IMG/VR virus record: IMGVR_UViG_3300046660_000488
Location: 514,293-578,292 of that record
DNA: 64,000 nucleotides
Strand: one strand, 5' to 3'
Within the stretch, counting starts at the first letter, position 1. The number at the start of each line of letters is the position of its first letter. Positions 6,075 through 15,121 of this stretch are shown here, piece after piece. The translations under genes were made by a program, and so were the position numbers. The notes under the pieces are model-generated. The model did no database searches, was not told the origin of the DNA, and saw only the letters and a list, made by a program, of their open reading frames with translations.

Positions 6075-7171
6075 ATGGGGTTCAGCCGCTAAGTCCAGAG
6101 AGCCTTCAACGGTATCTGGCGATCAAAGACCTAACTGACCCGGCGACGGGTAAACACGCAATCAACGTTGTCCTCCAGAAATTGACGAAGGCGGTCCAAG
6201 ACTGGGCGGGTTTACACCCGGAAGTCCTGCGTTCCTCCCCAATCGTTTCCATCCAAGACAATTACGACCGCCTCTACTATGAGGCGGACGCTGTCGCACG
6301 CTCGTCGCGCTATTCGCATTATGTGGATGACACCCACATCTTGCGGACGCACACGACGGCGGCCGTGCCCGGCTATCTGCGCGAGACCACGGACGACCGT
6401 CTGATGGTTCTGCCGGGCATCGTCTATCGCCGCGACGTCATGGACAAGATGCACGTCGGCGAACCACACCAAGTCGATCTGTGGATCGTCAAGCAGGCCC
6501 GCCTGCGGCGCCGCGATCTTGAGGCCATGATCTCGGCCATCATGACTGCGATCCTACCCGGCCGCGTGTACCGCTGCAACGAGACCATCCATCCCTACAC
6601 CGTCAACGGCCTTGAGGTCGAAGTGCAGGTTGGCGACCGTTGGGTCGAGGTCTTGGAATGCGGCGAGGCCCACCCATGGGTTCTGAACGACGCTGGGCTG
6701 TCTTCAGCCACATGGTCGGGACTGGCCATGGGCATCGGTCTGGACCGTCTGGTGATGCTCCTGAAGGGCGTGGAGGACATCCGGCTGCTACGGAGCACCG
6801 ACAAGCGCGTCTACGGCCAGATGCAGACCATGCAGCCCTATCTACCGGTCAGCGATCAGCCGAGCGCTAAGCGGGACCTGTCCATCGTCGTTGACGAAGT
6901 GGACATGGAACTGTTGGGCGACAAGGTCCGCACTTTGCTGGGCGACCGGGCCGAGTGGATGGAGGAAATCATCCACGTCGGCGACTACGGCTGGCACGAT
7001 GTTCCGGACGCTGCTCGCCAACGTCTGGGTATGGGGCAGGATCAACGGAACCTCGTTATCCGGCTGATCATGCGCTCGCCGACCCAGAGCATCCCTCGCG
7101 AGGTCGCAAACGAGGTCTACGCGCAAGTCTACGAAGGTCTGCATCAGGGCTCCACGGTCGGCTATCGCTGA
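6075..7171 (+). CDS. Monomeric PheRS-like class II ligase (catalytic domain + FDX-ACB); start requires a -1 shift at codon 2-3
   Basis: LRTHTTA, motif 2 PGIVYRRD..H..EPHQVD, motif 3 GLAMGIGLDRLVML, C-terminal RDLS..RSPTQS FDX-ACB-like; SD-preceded ATG 6075 is out of frame. Confidence 0.85.
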
Positions 7172-7204
7172 CCGTGGATGGTTCTGTGCCACCTAAATAG
7201 TTCC

Positions 7205-7594
7205 ATGGATCGTGAAGCCAAACTCGCTGAACTCATTGATCGCGTCAAGGATTTGCCGGACAAGGCGACCACGCGCGGATACACCTCATATCTGATCATC
7301 GTTCCCCATCATGACATGGCGGGCGACGTATCGATGGCCGTCTCTGAAGAATTCAGGGAATTTGGATACGGCGTTGACAAGGTGACGAAGTCTGAAGTTC
7401 GTGGAGACGAGTTTAGGGTCCTCGTGCGGCCCATCAGTGCTGCTGCGACGAACATCCACAACTTGACCTTCCACGTGTTCTGCATTCCGGGTGATGACGG
7501 ACTGACGGGTCATCAGAAGCAAACATTGCAGAAGATGCTTGAAGCGTTCAGCTACAAGGCACTGGAAACTGCTGATCTCCGCATCGTCTACTGA
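7205..7594 (+). CDS. Hypothetical protein
   Basis: ORF downstream of TAAATA (7194). Confidence 0.7.
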   Translation: MDREAKLAELIDRVKDLPDKATTRGYTSYLIIVPHHDMAGDVSMAVSEEFREFGYGVDKVTKSEVRGDEFRVLVRPISAAATNIHNLTFHVFCIPGDDGLTGHQKQTLQKMLEAFSYKALETADLRIVY

Positions 7595-7600
7595 ATCTCG

Positions 7601-7628
7601 TTGACGAGATCGAAAATGTGTGCATAGT
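7601..7628 (+). promoter_or_regulatory. Sigma70-type promoter
   Basis: TTGACG-N16-CATAGT with TG extended -10. Confidence 0.55.
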
Positions 7629-7649
7629 GCGATCCGAACAGGAGGCACT

Positions 7650-7865
7650 ATGGAAACTTGGGTTCTCGTAATCGTCGTGTGGATGTCGCCGAGCTTTAGC
7701 CATAGCGGTGGTTCTGGCGCGCTGGCGATCACCAACGTCCCCGGCTATGCGTCGTGGGACGAGTGCAATCGCGCGGCTGGCACGGTCTCCAAGAGCGGCG
7801 GAGAAACCAAGGGCTACTGCGTCCCCGGTCCCAAGACCATCGTCGTCAAGCCGAAGGGCAAGTGA
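7650..7865 (+). CDS. Small exported/membrane protein
   Basis: SD GGAGG; hydrophobic N-terminus; two Cys. Confidence 0.75.
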   Translation: METWVLVIVVWMSPSFSHSGGSGALAITNVPGYASWDECNRAAGTVSKSGGETKGYCVPGPKTIVVKPKGK

Positions 7866-8833
7866 TGCACCCGACCCGCGACCGTCTCATCAAGATCATC
7901 GAGCGCACCGAGAACGAGATCGGCTCCGACGCGGCGGCCGACGAAATCCTCGCGCTGCTGCGTGAGCCGCCCAGAAACCACATGGACGTGGTCTGGCCGG
8001 ACGAGGACGAACTGAACGTTCGCCGGACCATGCTCATGGCCGACGTCGTCGCCTTCATCGCGCCCGAGGCGCGCAAGGATGGCAACGGCGGGTACGCGCC
8101 CTGCGACGATGCTGACATCCGGGCGCTGAACGCGCTCATCCGCGAAATCATCGACATGCGCTTCGTTCGAGACAGCGACCGTGGACAGGTCGTGGATTTC
8201 GCCACGGTCAACCGTCTCGAAAATCGCCTCCACACCTTCTACGAACCCCACTCGCCGGACATGCGGGACGAAGCCTCGCCTTCGGAGCGCACCGTCTACG
8301 CCATGCAGATCGCCACGGTCGCTGGGCTGATGGCCGCCGAGACCGGCCGCATGCTGAACCAACTGGGTCGTCGCATGCAGTTTCAAATCGAGGCCGACGA
8401 CAAGAAAGCCTTGCAGGACGCCGAAGCTCGCCGCGACATGGAGGCGGCTGAGCTTTTCGTCTCGCTGGTCTCGACCCGGCCGTTCCACCAATCGCTCTCC
8501 GACTATCGGTCGGCGGCGGCCGAGCTAGGCCCTCGCAACGAGGCGGTGAAGCTGATGCGCGACGCGCTGGCCAAGTCGATCCTGCCGGACACCGAGAACG
8601 CGGCCATCCACATCGACCGCTTGATCGACGAGAACAAGATGGACGAAGCCATCGCCGCTCTGGAGGATGGTTTCGACAAATGGTTCCGTGGCGCCTTCTC
8701 AGAGCAGCGTGAGCGCATCAACACCTACTATCGCGGACTTCGTGAGCGGGCGCGTCGCGCCAAGCTCCCGGCTGATCCGGCGTGGCAGATTTTCATTTCG
8801 CCGCAGGAACCCACGGGAGACCAGTATGCGTGA
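7865..8833 (+). CDS. Hypothetical protein
   Basis: 322-aa ORF translationally coupled to the upstream gene. Confidence 0.8.
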   Translation: MHPTRDRLIKIIERTENEIGSDAAADEILALLREPPRNHMDVVWPDEDELNVRRTMLMADVVAFIAPEARKDGNGGYAPCDDADIRALNALIREIIDMRFVRDSDRGQVVDFATVNRLENRLHTFYEPHSPDMRDEASPSERTVYAMQIATVAGLMAAETGRMLNQLGRRMQFQIEADDKKALQDAEARRDMEAAELFVSLVSTRPFHQSLSDYRSAAAELGPRNEAVKLMRDALAKSILPDTENAAIHIDRLIDENKMDEAIAALEDGFDKWFRGAFSEQRERINTYYRGLRERARRAKLPADPAWQIFISPQEPTGDQYA

Positions 8834-9179
8834 CACCGTCCGGATCGTCACCACCAACAAGGTGCTGTTCGATTTCGCCCAGAAATTCCAGACTGAGCAT
8901 CGCAGCGCGGCGCTGGGCGACCATGTCTTCCTGATTCTGAAGGGTCTGATCATGACCGGGATCGAGGACGCCATGAAGATGGCCGACAAATGCGGCTGGA
9001 CGGGCGTCGAGTTGGTTTCGGCCAGCAGCAACCGCCTGATCGAGGTCGCCAAGGAAGGCGACCCCAAGCGCAACATCGGCTCGATGACCTTCCAGCGACG
9101 CGACGAGGACCAACCTCAGCGCATGATCGCCGTCAATTTCTACGAGGACCACACCCTGTCATGCACGCTTCTGGGATGA
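8826..9179 (+). CDS. Hypothetical protein
   Basis: Coupled ORF, MRDTVRIV start. Confidence 0.75.
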   Translation: MRDTVRIVTTNKVLFDFAQKFQTEHRSAALGDHVFLILKGLIMTGIEDAMKMADKCGWTGVELVSASSNRLIEVAKEGDPKRNIGSMTFQRRDEDQPQRMIAVNFYEDHTLSCTLLG

Positions 9180-9676
9180 CGCCGCTCGACATCGAATTGG
9201 CCAAGCTCGCCGAGCACAAGGCCATCGGCTGGGACTTCGACAAGACACTCGTCAACAGCGAGGCGTCGGAAATCCTGCATCGCTTCATCTTGGATCACCC
9301 CGAGATCGAGCACCACATCGTCACGTTCCGCTCGCACGGCTTGCAGCACAACGTCTGGGTCGAGCTTGAGCAATACGCGGACGCGCCGGGTCGCGGCCAT
9401 TTCAAGGGCGTCGTCAACATCGACGACCACCGCTGGGAAGCGTGGAACGACGCCGTGCGGCGCCGGACGCCGGGTGGTGGCCTGAGCGGGCCGATGAGCG
9501 ACGCAGAGGTCTTCTACTGCTCGTGGAAAGGTCAGGTCTGCAAAGACCTTGGCCTGACCCTGCTGGTCGATGATGACCCGTCGTGCGTCACCTTGGGCTG
9601 CGAGGCCCACGGAATCGCCTTCTATGACCCGGACAGCCTTATCCGGGCAGTCCGACGTGGTCCAGCACCCACATAA
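9176..9676 (+). CDS. HAD-superfamily phosphatase-like protein
   Basis: N-terminal WDFDKTL (DxD motif I), T-F-R motif II, LVDDD motif IV. Confidence 0.7.
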   Translation: MTPLDIELAKLAEHKAIGWDFDKTLVNSEASEILHRFILDHPEIEHHIVTFRSHGLQHNVWVELEQYADAPGRGHFKGVVNIDDHRWEAWNDAVRRRTPGGGLSGPMSDAEVFYCSWKGQVCKDLGLTLLVDDDPSCVTLGCEAHGIAFYDPDSLIRAVRRGPAPT

Positions 9677-9794
9677 CGCCGATGCTGGACACGATCATAA
9701 TGACCGTGACGCACCATGCGAACAGCATGCCGCGCGCGGGCGATAGCGGATCGGGGTTCACCCATTCCTCAGAATTCCAGTCGTTCACTGGCAT
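9639..9794 (-). CDS. Small single-pass membrane protein (51 aa)
   Basis: Read manually: MPVNDW...LFAWCVTVIMIVSSIGVMWVL; below the ORF-track cutoff. Confidence 0.5.
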   Translation of the reverse strand: MPVNDWNSEEWVNPDPLSPARGMLFAWCVTVIMIVSSIGVMWVLDHVGLPG

Positions 9795-9867
9795 CTTATC
9801 GTCTTGATCTTCCACAACGTGTTCCTCCCACGTAGTGATTTATTTTGGTTAACCAAATTGTCGCTTA

Positions 9868-10125
9868 TTATTCCCACCAGCGCAATTTGAAATGGACCAC
9901 GTGCTGCGGTTTTTTGAATGCGAACACGAGCCATTCGCCGCCGGAATTGATGTAGGTCCAGTCGGCCTGCGGGGTGTACTCGGCCATCCAGACGGTCAAA
10001 TCCTCGGCCAGCTTGTCCTTCGGCATCAACTCGTCGCGGTGCTTGATCGCGATGACCAGTTCAGGGTCTCTGCCCTGCGTCACGAACTGGTAGCTCGGGT
10101 GCTTCTTGAGATCGGTGGCGTTCAT
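9868..10125 (-). CDS. Hypothetical protein (F-KLRW C-terminal motif)
   Basis: ORF; C-terminus VHFKLRWW resembles ends of the 21606, 22008 and 47770 proteins. Confidence 0.75.
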   Translation of the reverse strand: MNATDLKKHPSYQFVTQGRDPELVIAIKHRDELMPKDKLAEDLTVWMAEYTPQADWTYINSGGEWLVFAFKKPQHVVHFKLRWWE

Positions 10126-10610
10126 CCGATGGCGTCCGCCATCATCAGGCCCATCATCAGCATAGAATCTGACGAGGCGTGGATCGTGAACCGGTGGTCA
10201 AGATGGTGTCCGGGGATGATCGTGATCAGGTGGTTCCCCAGCGTGTATGAGACGACTGGAGGCTTGTTGGTGTTGGGGTAATACGCCGGGTAGAGCGAGG
10301 CGACGAACCGCTCGCCTTGGCTGCTCTTAATCTCAACGAAACGGCTGAAGCGACCGGCCACGTCCTCGACGCGGATGCTCCAGCGATAGCTCCCATGATC
10401 GCCATATTGGACGAGGTGTCGGCGACTTGAGGCCTCGAAGCACATTTCGTAAAAAGCTCGCCAGACTCCGACCTGAACCGAACCGGCGAGCATGTCGCCT
10501 TCGATCTCGTCGCGGCTGACGAAGAGCTTGAGGCCCGCCGTGGCGCGTTTGCGCTTGCGGGCGCCGAGCGAAAATGGCTCGGCGACTTCGGGAACAGAAT
10601 CGAACGCCAT
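10122..10610 (-). CDS. Hypothetical protein
   Basis: Coupled minus-strand ORF. Confidence 0.7.
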   Translation of the reverse strand: MAFDSVPEVAEPFSLGARKRKRATAGLKLFVSRDEIEGDMLAGSVQVGVWRAFYEMCFEASSRRHLVQYGDHGSYRWSIRVEDVAGRFSRFVEIKSSQGERFVASLYPAYYPNTNKPPVVSYTLGNHLITIIPGHHLDHRFTIHASSDSMLMMGLMMADAIG

Positions 10611-10688
10611 GATACCAGTCTGAAATGGATCGACGCCTAAATTCAGCAGCGTCCAGATCAGATTAGCACATGGTTTACGAGACGGAAA

Positions 10689-10943
10689 TTATTCCGTGAT
10701 CTCGACGAGACGAAAAGCGACGGCCTCGCAGGGGAACTTTTCCTTGGCGGCTTGCTTCTCGGCCTCTTCCTCGACGATCCACAGACGGTCGAAGCGATGA
10801 CCCCAGCGGTCTTCGTCGGTGTGCGTGTTGTGGGCGTTGAAGATTTGCTTGAAACGGCCGTCGCCGATCCGACGCACTTTCCACACCCGCGACGGATCGT
10901 CGGGTGTGGTGATGTGGCGAGTGTTCTCGTAGACGTAGGTCAT
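10689..10943 (-). CDS. Hypothetical protein
   Basis: Coupled minus-strand ORF. Confidence 0.7.
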   Translation of the reverse strand: MTYVYENTRHITTPDDPSRVWKVRRIGDGRFKQIFNAHNTHTDEDRWGHRFDRLWIVEEEAEKQAAKEKFPCEAVAFRLVEITE

Positions 10944-11611
10944 CAGGCGACTTTCGCGGCGTCTTCGGCTTCTCGTTCGGCGCGGCGCGCCGCTCGATAG
11001 TCGTTGATGATCTTCTCGACGCTCGCATAGACGGACGGATCACCGTCCTTCAGGTGCGGCAGGAGATCACGCTTCTCCGGAACGTAGCGCTGGGCGAAAT
11101 CCGGATCGTCGTTGATGATCGAATCCAAGTTGTCCTCGGAATCGACCAGCTTGATCGTCTGGACTTCGGCTGGCTGCGCGGCCGTGTGATCGCGGTTCAG
11201 CGCCATCCGGACCTTGCGGTTTCCATCCCACGGCATGGCGACGTCGGTCAGGCCGTCCACGTACAGAGCGACCAGATCGCCGAATTCCTGACGGATCAAC
11301 TCGATGGTGATGCCGGGGACCATGTACAGAACGATGTCACCAGCCTTGAAGGCCGGGCGAGAACAGAATTCGCCGGTCTTGACGATGACCTCGCCATTAC
11401 CATCAACGAATTTTCGAGTGTCCTCGACGGTGTCATGCAGCAGGGCTGCGACAACCATTTCGACGGTGGCGCCGGGCAGTGCGGCGATCCGCAGGGCCAG
11501 ACGGCGCGGGTGGACGATATACGGCTCGTCCGTATACCTACGCCGCTGACCGACAGCAGCGTGCGCGACCATGGCGAACAGGTCGGCCTTCACGATTAAA
11601 GGATGGTTCAT
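10943..11611 (-). CDS. HD-domain hydrolase, RelA/SpoT hydrolase (SAH/Mesh1)-like
   Basis: AH..GQ.R....PYIVHP, AALLHDTVEDT, EFGD.VA..VDGLTD, IKL.D..DN motifs. Confidence 0.85.
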   Translation of the reverse strand: MNHPLIVKADLFAMVAHAAVGQRRRYTDEPYIVHPRRLALRIAALPGATVEMVVAALLHDTVEDTRKFVDGNGEVIVKTGEFCSRPAFKAGDIVLYMVPGITIELIRQEFGDLVALYVDGLTDVAMPWDGNRKVRMALNRDHTAAQPAEVQTIKLVDSEDNLDSIINDDPDFAQRYVPEKRDLLPHLKDGDPSVYASVEKIINDYRAARRAEREAEDAAKVA

Positions 11612-11659
11612 ATCTATCATGCCGCGCATTATGCGGCATGGATACAATTTCGTCAACCA

Positions 11660-12385
11660 CTATTCCTTGAGCAAGCGGCCCAAGGTCAACACCCTGTCAA
11701 GTACTACTTGGTTCTGATAGTGGATTCCGCGTCTATAAAACTTCCTGCCCTCGTGCATCATATAGGCAGTCACGTAGCCTTCCTCGCAATAGGCGAAGTA
11801 GAGTTTGACGTTGAATCTCTCGATCTGGATGTTCGGCAACACCACGGCGTGCATACCGAACCGGTTCTCATAACCGATGGTGAACGGTTGGTTTCGAACC
11901 AAGGCCATGCACGGTTCGAAGAACGATCCGAGAGCCATGTCCCAAGTCGTGTTGAAGTCTTTGCTGTATTCGGGGAGACCTTTGGCGTAGGCCATAATCT
12001 TCACAACGTCATGATAGTAGGCGTCGATGTTGGCGTGCTTCGACAGGTCTTCTCTTGACGGTGAACTTCGCGGCATATACCACCCGAATTGGTCACTGCC
12101 TATCGGGTTGTGCTGCACCTTGCAGTTGCCAAGATAGCCGGGCGTTCTGGCTGCGACCGGCGGGAACGGACGGGCCAGAAGGCCGTAGTCGTCCAGAACC
12201 CAGTCAAGTTTGTGTCGATCTTCCTTGCGCGTCTGGCGAGTGAAAGACGGCTCGGGCTTTTCCGGCCATTTCCATTCGCAGATGTACAGGCGCTGGAATT
12301 CCTCAAGGCTCAGAGGTTGTCGAATCTGCTCATGCCAGTCGGCGAGCATCTTTTCAGCTTTTTCGAAAACGCCTTTGGCACTCAT
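11660..12385 (-). CDS. Hypothetical protein
   Basis: 241-aa ORF. Confidence 0.75.
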   Translation of the reverse strand: MSAKGVFEKAEKMLADWHEQIRQPLSLEEFQRLYICEWKWPEKPEPSFTRQTRKEDRHKLDWVLDDYGLLARPFPPVAARTPGYLGNCKVQHNPIGSDQFGWYMPRSSPSREDLSKHANIDAYYHDVVKIMAYAKGLPEYSKDFNTTWDMALGSFFEPCMALVRNQPFTIGYENRFGMHAVVLPNIQIERFNVKLYFAYCEEGYVTAYMMHEGRKFYRRGIHYQNQVVLDRVLTLGRLLKE

Positions 12386-12423
12386 CCGTTTGGTTTACCA
12401 AACGTTGACGGTGCGGGGCAACC

Positions 12424-12789
12424 CTAAATGTAGACGGCCGACATGATCCGGTCATGGCGCCGGGCGACCGTCAGCACGGTCTTATAGCCACGCAGCATGC
12501 CATCGCGGACTTGTGGGTTCATCCCGCCGCCTTGGAGCAGGCCGGAGACGTCGCGCACGGCGTCCTCGACGTCCTTCAGCTTGGTGGCCCCGTGGATCGA
12601 GTTGCGGACGGTCTGGTAGGCGGCCAGCGCGCCGACGATGTCGCCCAGACGGTTCATCGAGCCGACGTCGCTCAGGGCTTCGAACGAGTTGCGATTGATC
12701 GCCTCGACGAATTGCTGCTGGCGCCCACGCTCGGACGCGATCAGGGAGTCCAGTTCGTTTCGAAATCGGCCAATGAACGTGTCAGACAT
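12424..12789 (-). CDS. Hypothetical protein
   Basis: ORF in coupled minus-strand run. Confidence 0.75.
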   Translation of the reverse strand: MSDTFIGRFRNELDSLIASERGRQQQFVEAINRNSFEALSDVGSMNRLGDIVGALAAYQTVRNSIHGATKLKDVEDAVRDVSGLLQGGGMNPQVRDGMLRGYKTVLTVARRHDRIMSAVYI

Positions 12790-13102
12790 AGAGCACCACG
12801 ATCTTGCCCGCTTTCGCGAACATGTTGAAGTTGCATTCCCCCTTGGTGCAGATGGCCTCGCGGACCTTCCTGCGTTTGCCGACGCCCTTCAGCAGGGCGC
12901 GGGCCAGAGCCAGAGCAGTTTCGTCCATGGCCGGGATCATCGTGTAGAACGACGCCTTGCGCGGGACGACCTTGATCCGGCCTGCGTACGGATTGACCTC
13001 GCCATCCTCGTAATAGTCCGGCACGTCCATGCGGTCGTACTCAGCGTAGAGTTCGCTGACCGGCATGATCTGGACGTTGGTCAACCCGTTCTGGACGCTC
13101 AT
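12782..13102 (-). CDS. Hypothetical protein
   Basis: ORF in coupled minus-strand run. Confidence 0.75.
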   Translation of the reverse strand: MSVQNGLTNVQIMPVSELYAEYDRMDVPDYYEDGEVNPYAGRIKVVPRKASFYTMIPAMDETALALARALLKGVGKRRKVREAICTKGECNFNMFAKAGKIVVLYV

Positions 13103-13518
13103 GCGGGCTCACCGAAGAGCCGGGCGGCCCACGACGCCAGCCCGGTCGCGGCGACCTTCGGCGGCTGGTGCAGGACGACCTCGCGGCGGCTGCGCGCCAG
13201 ACGGCGGGGCCACTCTTCGAGGATCACGTAGACGCCGTTCTCAAAGCGCGCCAGCGTCCAGCCGTCCTCGATAGGCGGTCGGTCGGTGGGGCAATGGACG
13301 ATCTGTCCCTTCGGAAGCTGGTTCCGGTATTTCTTGTTGCGGAAATTCCAGTGGTCGGAAACCCGAAGGCTTCCTTCCGGGGTGTGACCCCACGTTTTGT
13401 CGGGCGTGTCGTACAGCGAACTGCCGAAGGGGCTCGGGAACACGACCTTCCATTCGGCCGCGATCTTGTCGGCAAGCTCGGAAGGCATGGTGCTCGGCTG
13501 TAGGAACGATGTCGGCAA
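13099..13518 (-). CDS. Hypothetical protein
   Basis: ORF, SPFGSSLY...RVSDHWNF motif. Confidence 0.75.
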   Translation of the reverse strand: MPTSFLQPSTMPSELADKIAAEWKVVFPSPFGSSLYDTPDKTWGHTPEGSLRVSDHWNFRNKKYRNQLPKGQIVHCPTDRPPIEDGWTLARFENGVYVILEEWPRRLARSRREVVLHQPPKVAATGLASWAARLFGEPA

Positions 13519-13545
13519 AGCGGGTCTCCACTAATTGTGGAGCGC

Positions 13546-13573
13546 ACTATACATGAAGCTCAAGCACAGTCAA
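13546..13573 (-). promoter_or_regulatory. Sigma70-type promoter
   Basis: TTGACT-N16-TATAGT on the minus strand with TG extension. Confidence 0.6.
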
Positions 13574-13952
13574 CGTACTTTTCAAGCAAACCGTAGCGAC
13601 GAGGGCGATCCCAATTTGGGTCATGCTCTTTCGCGCGAGTTTCCGAGATCGCGGTGAACGGCTCTTGCTTCTCGACGTAGCAAAAGCCGTCGCCGGTGTG
13701 CTGCACCATTGGTGCGAACGGGCGACGCTTGCGCTGTTCAACCGGCGCCCAGCCAACGAACAATCCGTCAAAGCCTTTGCCGTTGATCTGGAGATACCAT
13801 CGACCAGCCCCGACGACGCCGACCTGCTCGTAATAGGCCGTGACCGTGGACAGGTACGGCTCGTCGTACTTGCCCCGAACCTCGACCAACACCAGAACCG
13901 GCCGCCCATCCGTGGGGACGGTCTTGGGGTCTCGCCACTTGATGCGGGTCAT
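13560..13952 (-). CDS. Hypothetical protein (DUF551-like N-terminus)
   Basis: W...P.DG.PVLV motif typical of small phage proteins. Confidence 0.7.
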   Translation of the reverse strand: MTRIKWRDPKTVPTDGRPVLVLVEVRGKYDEPYLSTVTAYYEQVGVVGAGRWYLQINGKGFDGLFVGWAPVEQRKRRPFAPMVQHTGDGFCYVEKQEPFTAISETRAKEHDPNWDRPRRYGLLEKYVDCA

Positions 13953-14194
13953 CAGCTAATCCTCACCGGCTTGCCGAAGAAAGGGTTGCGCGGGCTCATC
14001 AGGCTGAACTGGTTGCGCTTGTCGGCGAAGTTGGCCGCCACGATCTCGTTCTCGGCCTCGTCCCAGCCAGCTTCCCAGAATTGCAGGAAGTACGCCCGCC
14101 GGTAGATGCGGGCACCCATGAAGCGTTCCTTGCCCTCACGCCGCGCGTGATAGCCCTTGTTCTGGATCGCCCACGTGACCTTGTTGTGCCGCAT
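13952..14194 (-). CDS. Hypothetical protein
   Basis: Coupled ORF. Confidence 0.7.
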   Translation of the reverse strand: MRHNKVTWAIQNKGYHARREGKERFMGARIYRRAYFLQFWEAGWDEAENEIVAANFADKRNQFSLMSPRNPFFGKPVRIS

Positions 14195-14484
14195 CAGGCG
14201 GCGATGGGCTGGGTCTTCAGCAGCTTGGCGCGGTAGCGCTCGATCAGGCCCCAGTCGCGGGCGCGGATCGGCGTGTCGTACTCGGCCATGAAGCGCTGGT
14301 GGTCGTTGCCGTTCAGGCCGACCTTACCCGGCCCGATGTTGCGATGATGGGCGTCCATGGCGGCTTCGCGCAGGTCGTGATCGCCAGCGGCAAAGCGTTG
14401 GATGATGTCAAGGTCTTCCTGCGGCATCGTCGCCAGCACGGACGTGGCCTTAGCGGGAATCAGGCTCTTCAAAAGCGTAAGCAT
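14194..14484 (-). CDS. Hypothetical protein
   Basis: Coupled ORF with SD GGAGG. Confidence 0.7.
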   Translation of the reverse strand: MLTLLKSLIPAKATSVLATMPQEDLDIIQRFAAGDHDLREAAMDAHHRNIGPGKVGLNGNDHQRFMAEYDTPIRARDWGLIERYRAKLLKTQPIAA

Positions 14485-14549
14485 GTGGGCCTCCTATTTT
14501 CGAATACCAAAATAGCCGGTCACGCGCCTTCACGCAACCGTCGTCAAAA

Positions 14550-14867
14550 TCAGTCGATGCTGCGGTCGCGGTCGCGCCACGCTTCGACCTTGGACATCAG
14601 GTCGGCGTCCAGCGGAAAGGGCTTCTGCCGCTCTTCCACCAAGGCGAGGAAATCAGCGGCGTCCTTCGTGTTCACGAGGATGTTCAGGTGGCGAATCTCG
14701 AAGCACACCCGAGCGAAACCGACGCCGCACGGGCTGTTGGTGATGATCTGCTCCCAGCGTTTTCCTTTCCAGAAAAACTCGTCGATGGTTTTCGCCATTA
14801 CGTCGGCGCCGTCACCCGAATAGTAGAGATCGAGGTATTGGACCGTGTCGTTGAAGCGAACTTGCAT
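14550..14867 (-). CDS. Hypothetical protein
   Basis: ORF with SD GGAG. Confidence 0.7.
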   Translation of the reverse strand: MQVRFNDTVQYLDLYYSGDGADVMAKTIDEFFWKGKRWEQIITNSPCGVGFARVCFEIRHLNILVNTKDAADFLALVEERQKPFPLDADLMSKVEAWRDRDRSID

Positions 14868-15121
14868 CTGTGCTGGTGCTCCTAAGAATTGATCGGACGC
14901 ACACTATAGGACGGAAGTTCAATCTCGTCCACCAAAAAATTGACGGAAATTGTCCCAGTAGCGCCCTATGGGTCCGTACTGTGCCAGTTCGCGCCGAATT
15001 TCCGGCTGCATTTCGGCTAAATACATTGAAATCACTCAGCATTTTCTGAGTGGTTAACGAAATATTGCCCTGCTGGCCTCGGGTTCCGTACGCTGGCTCT
15101 CATACTTGAAGCATTTTGATC

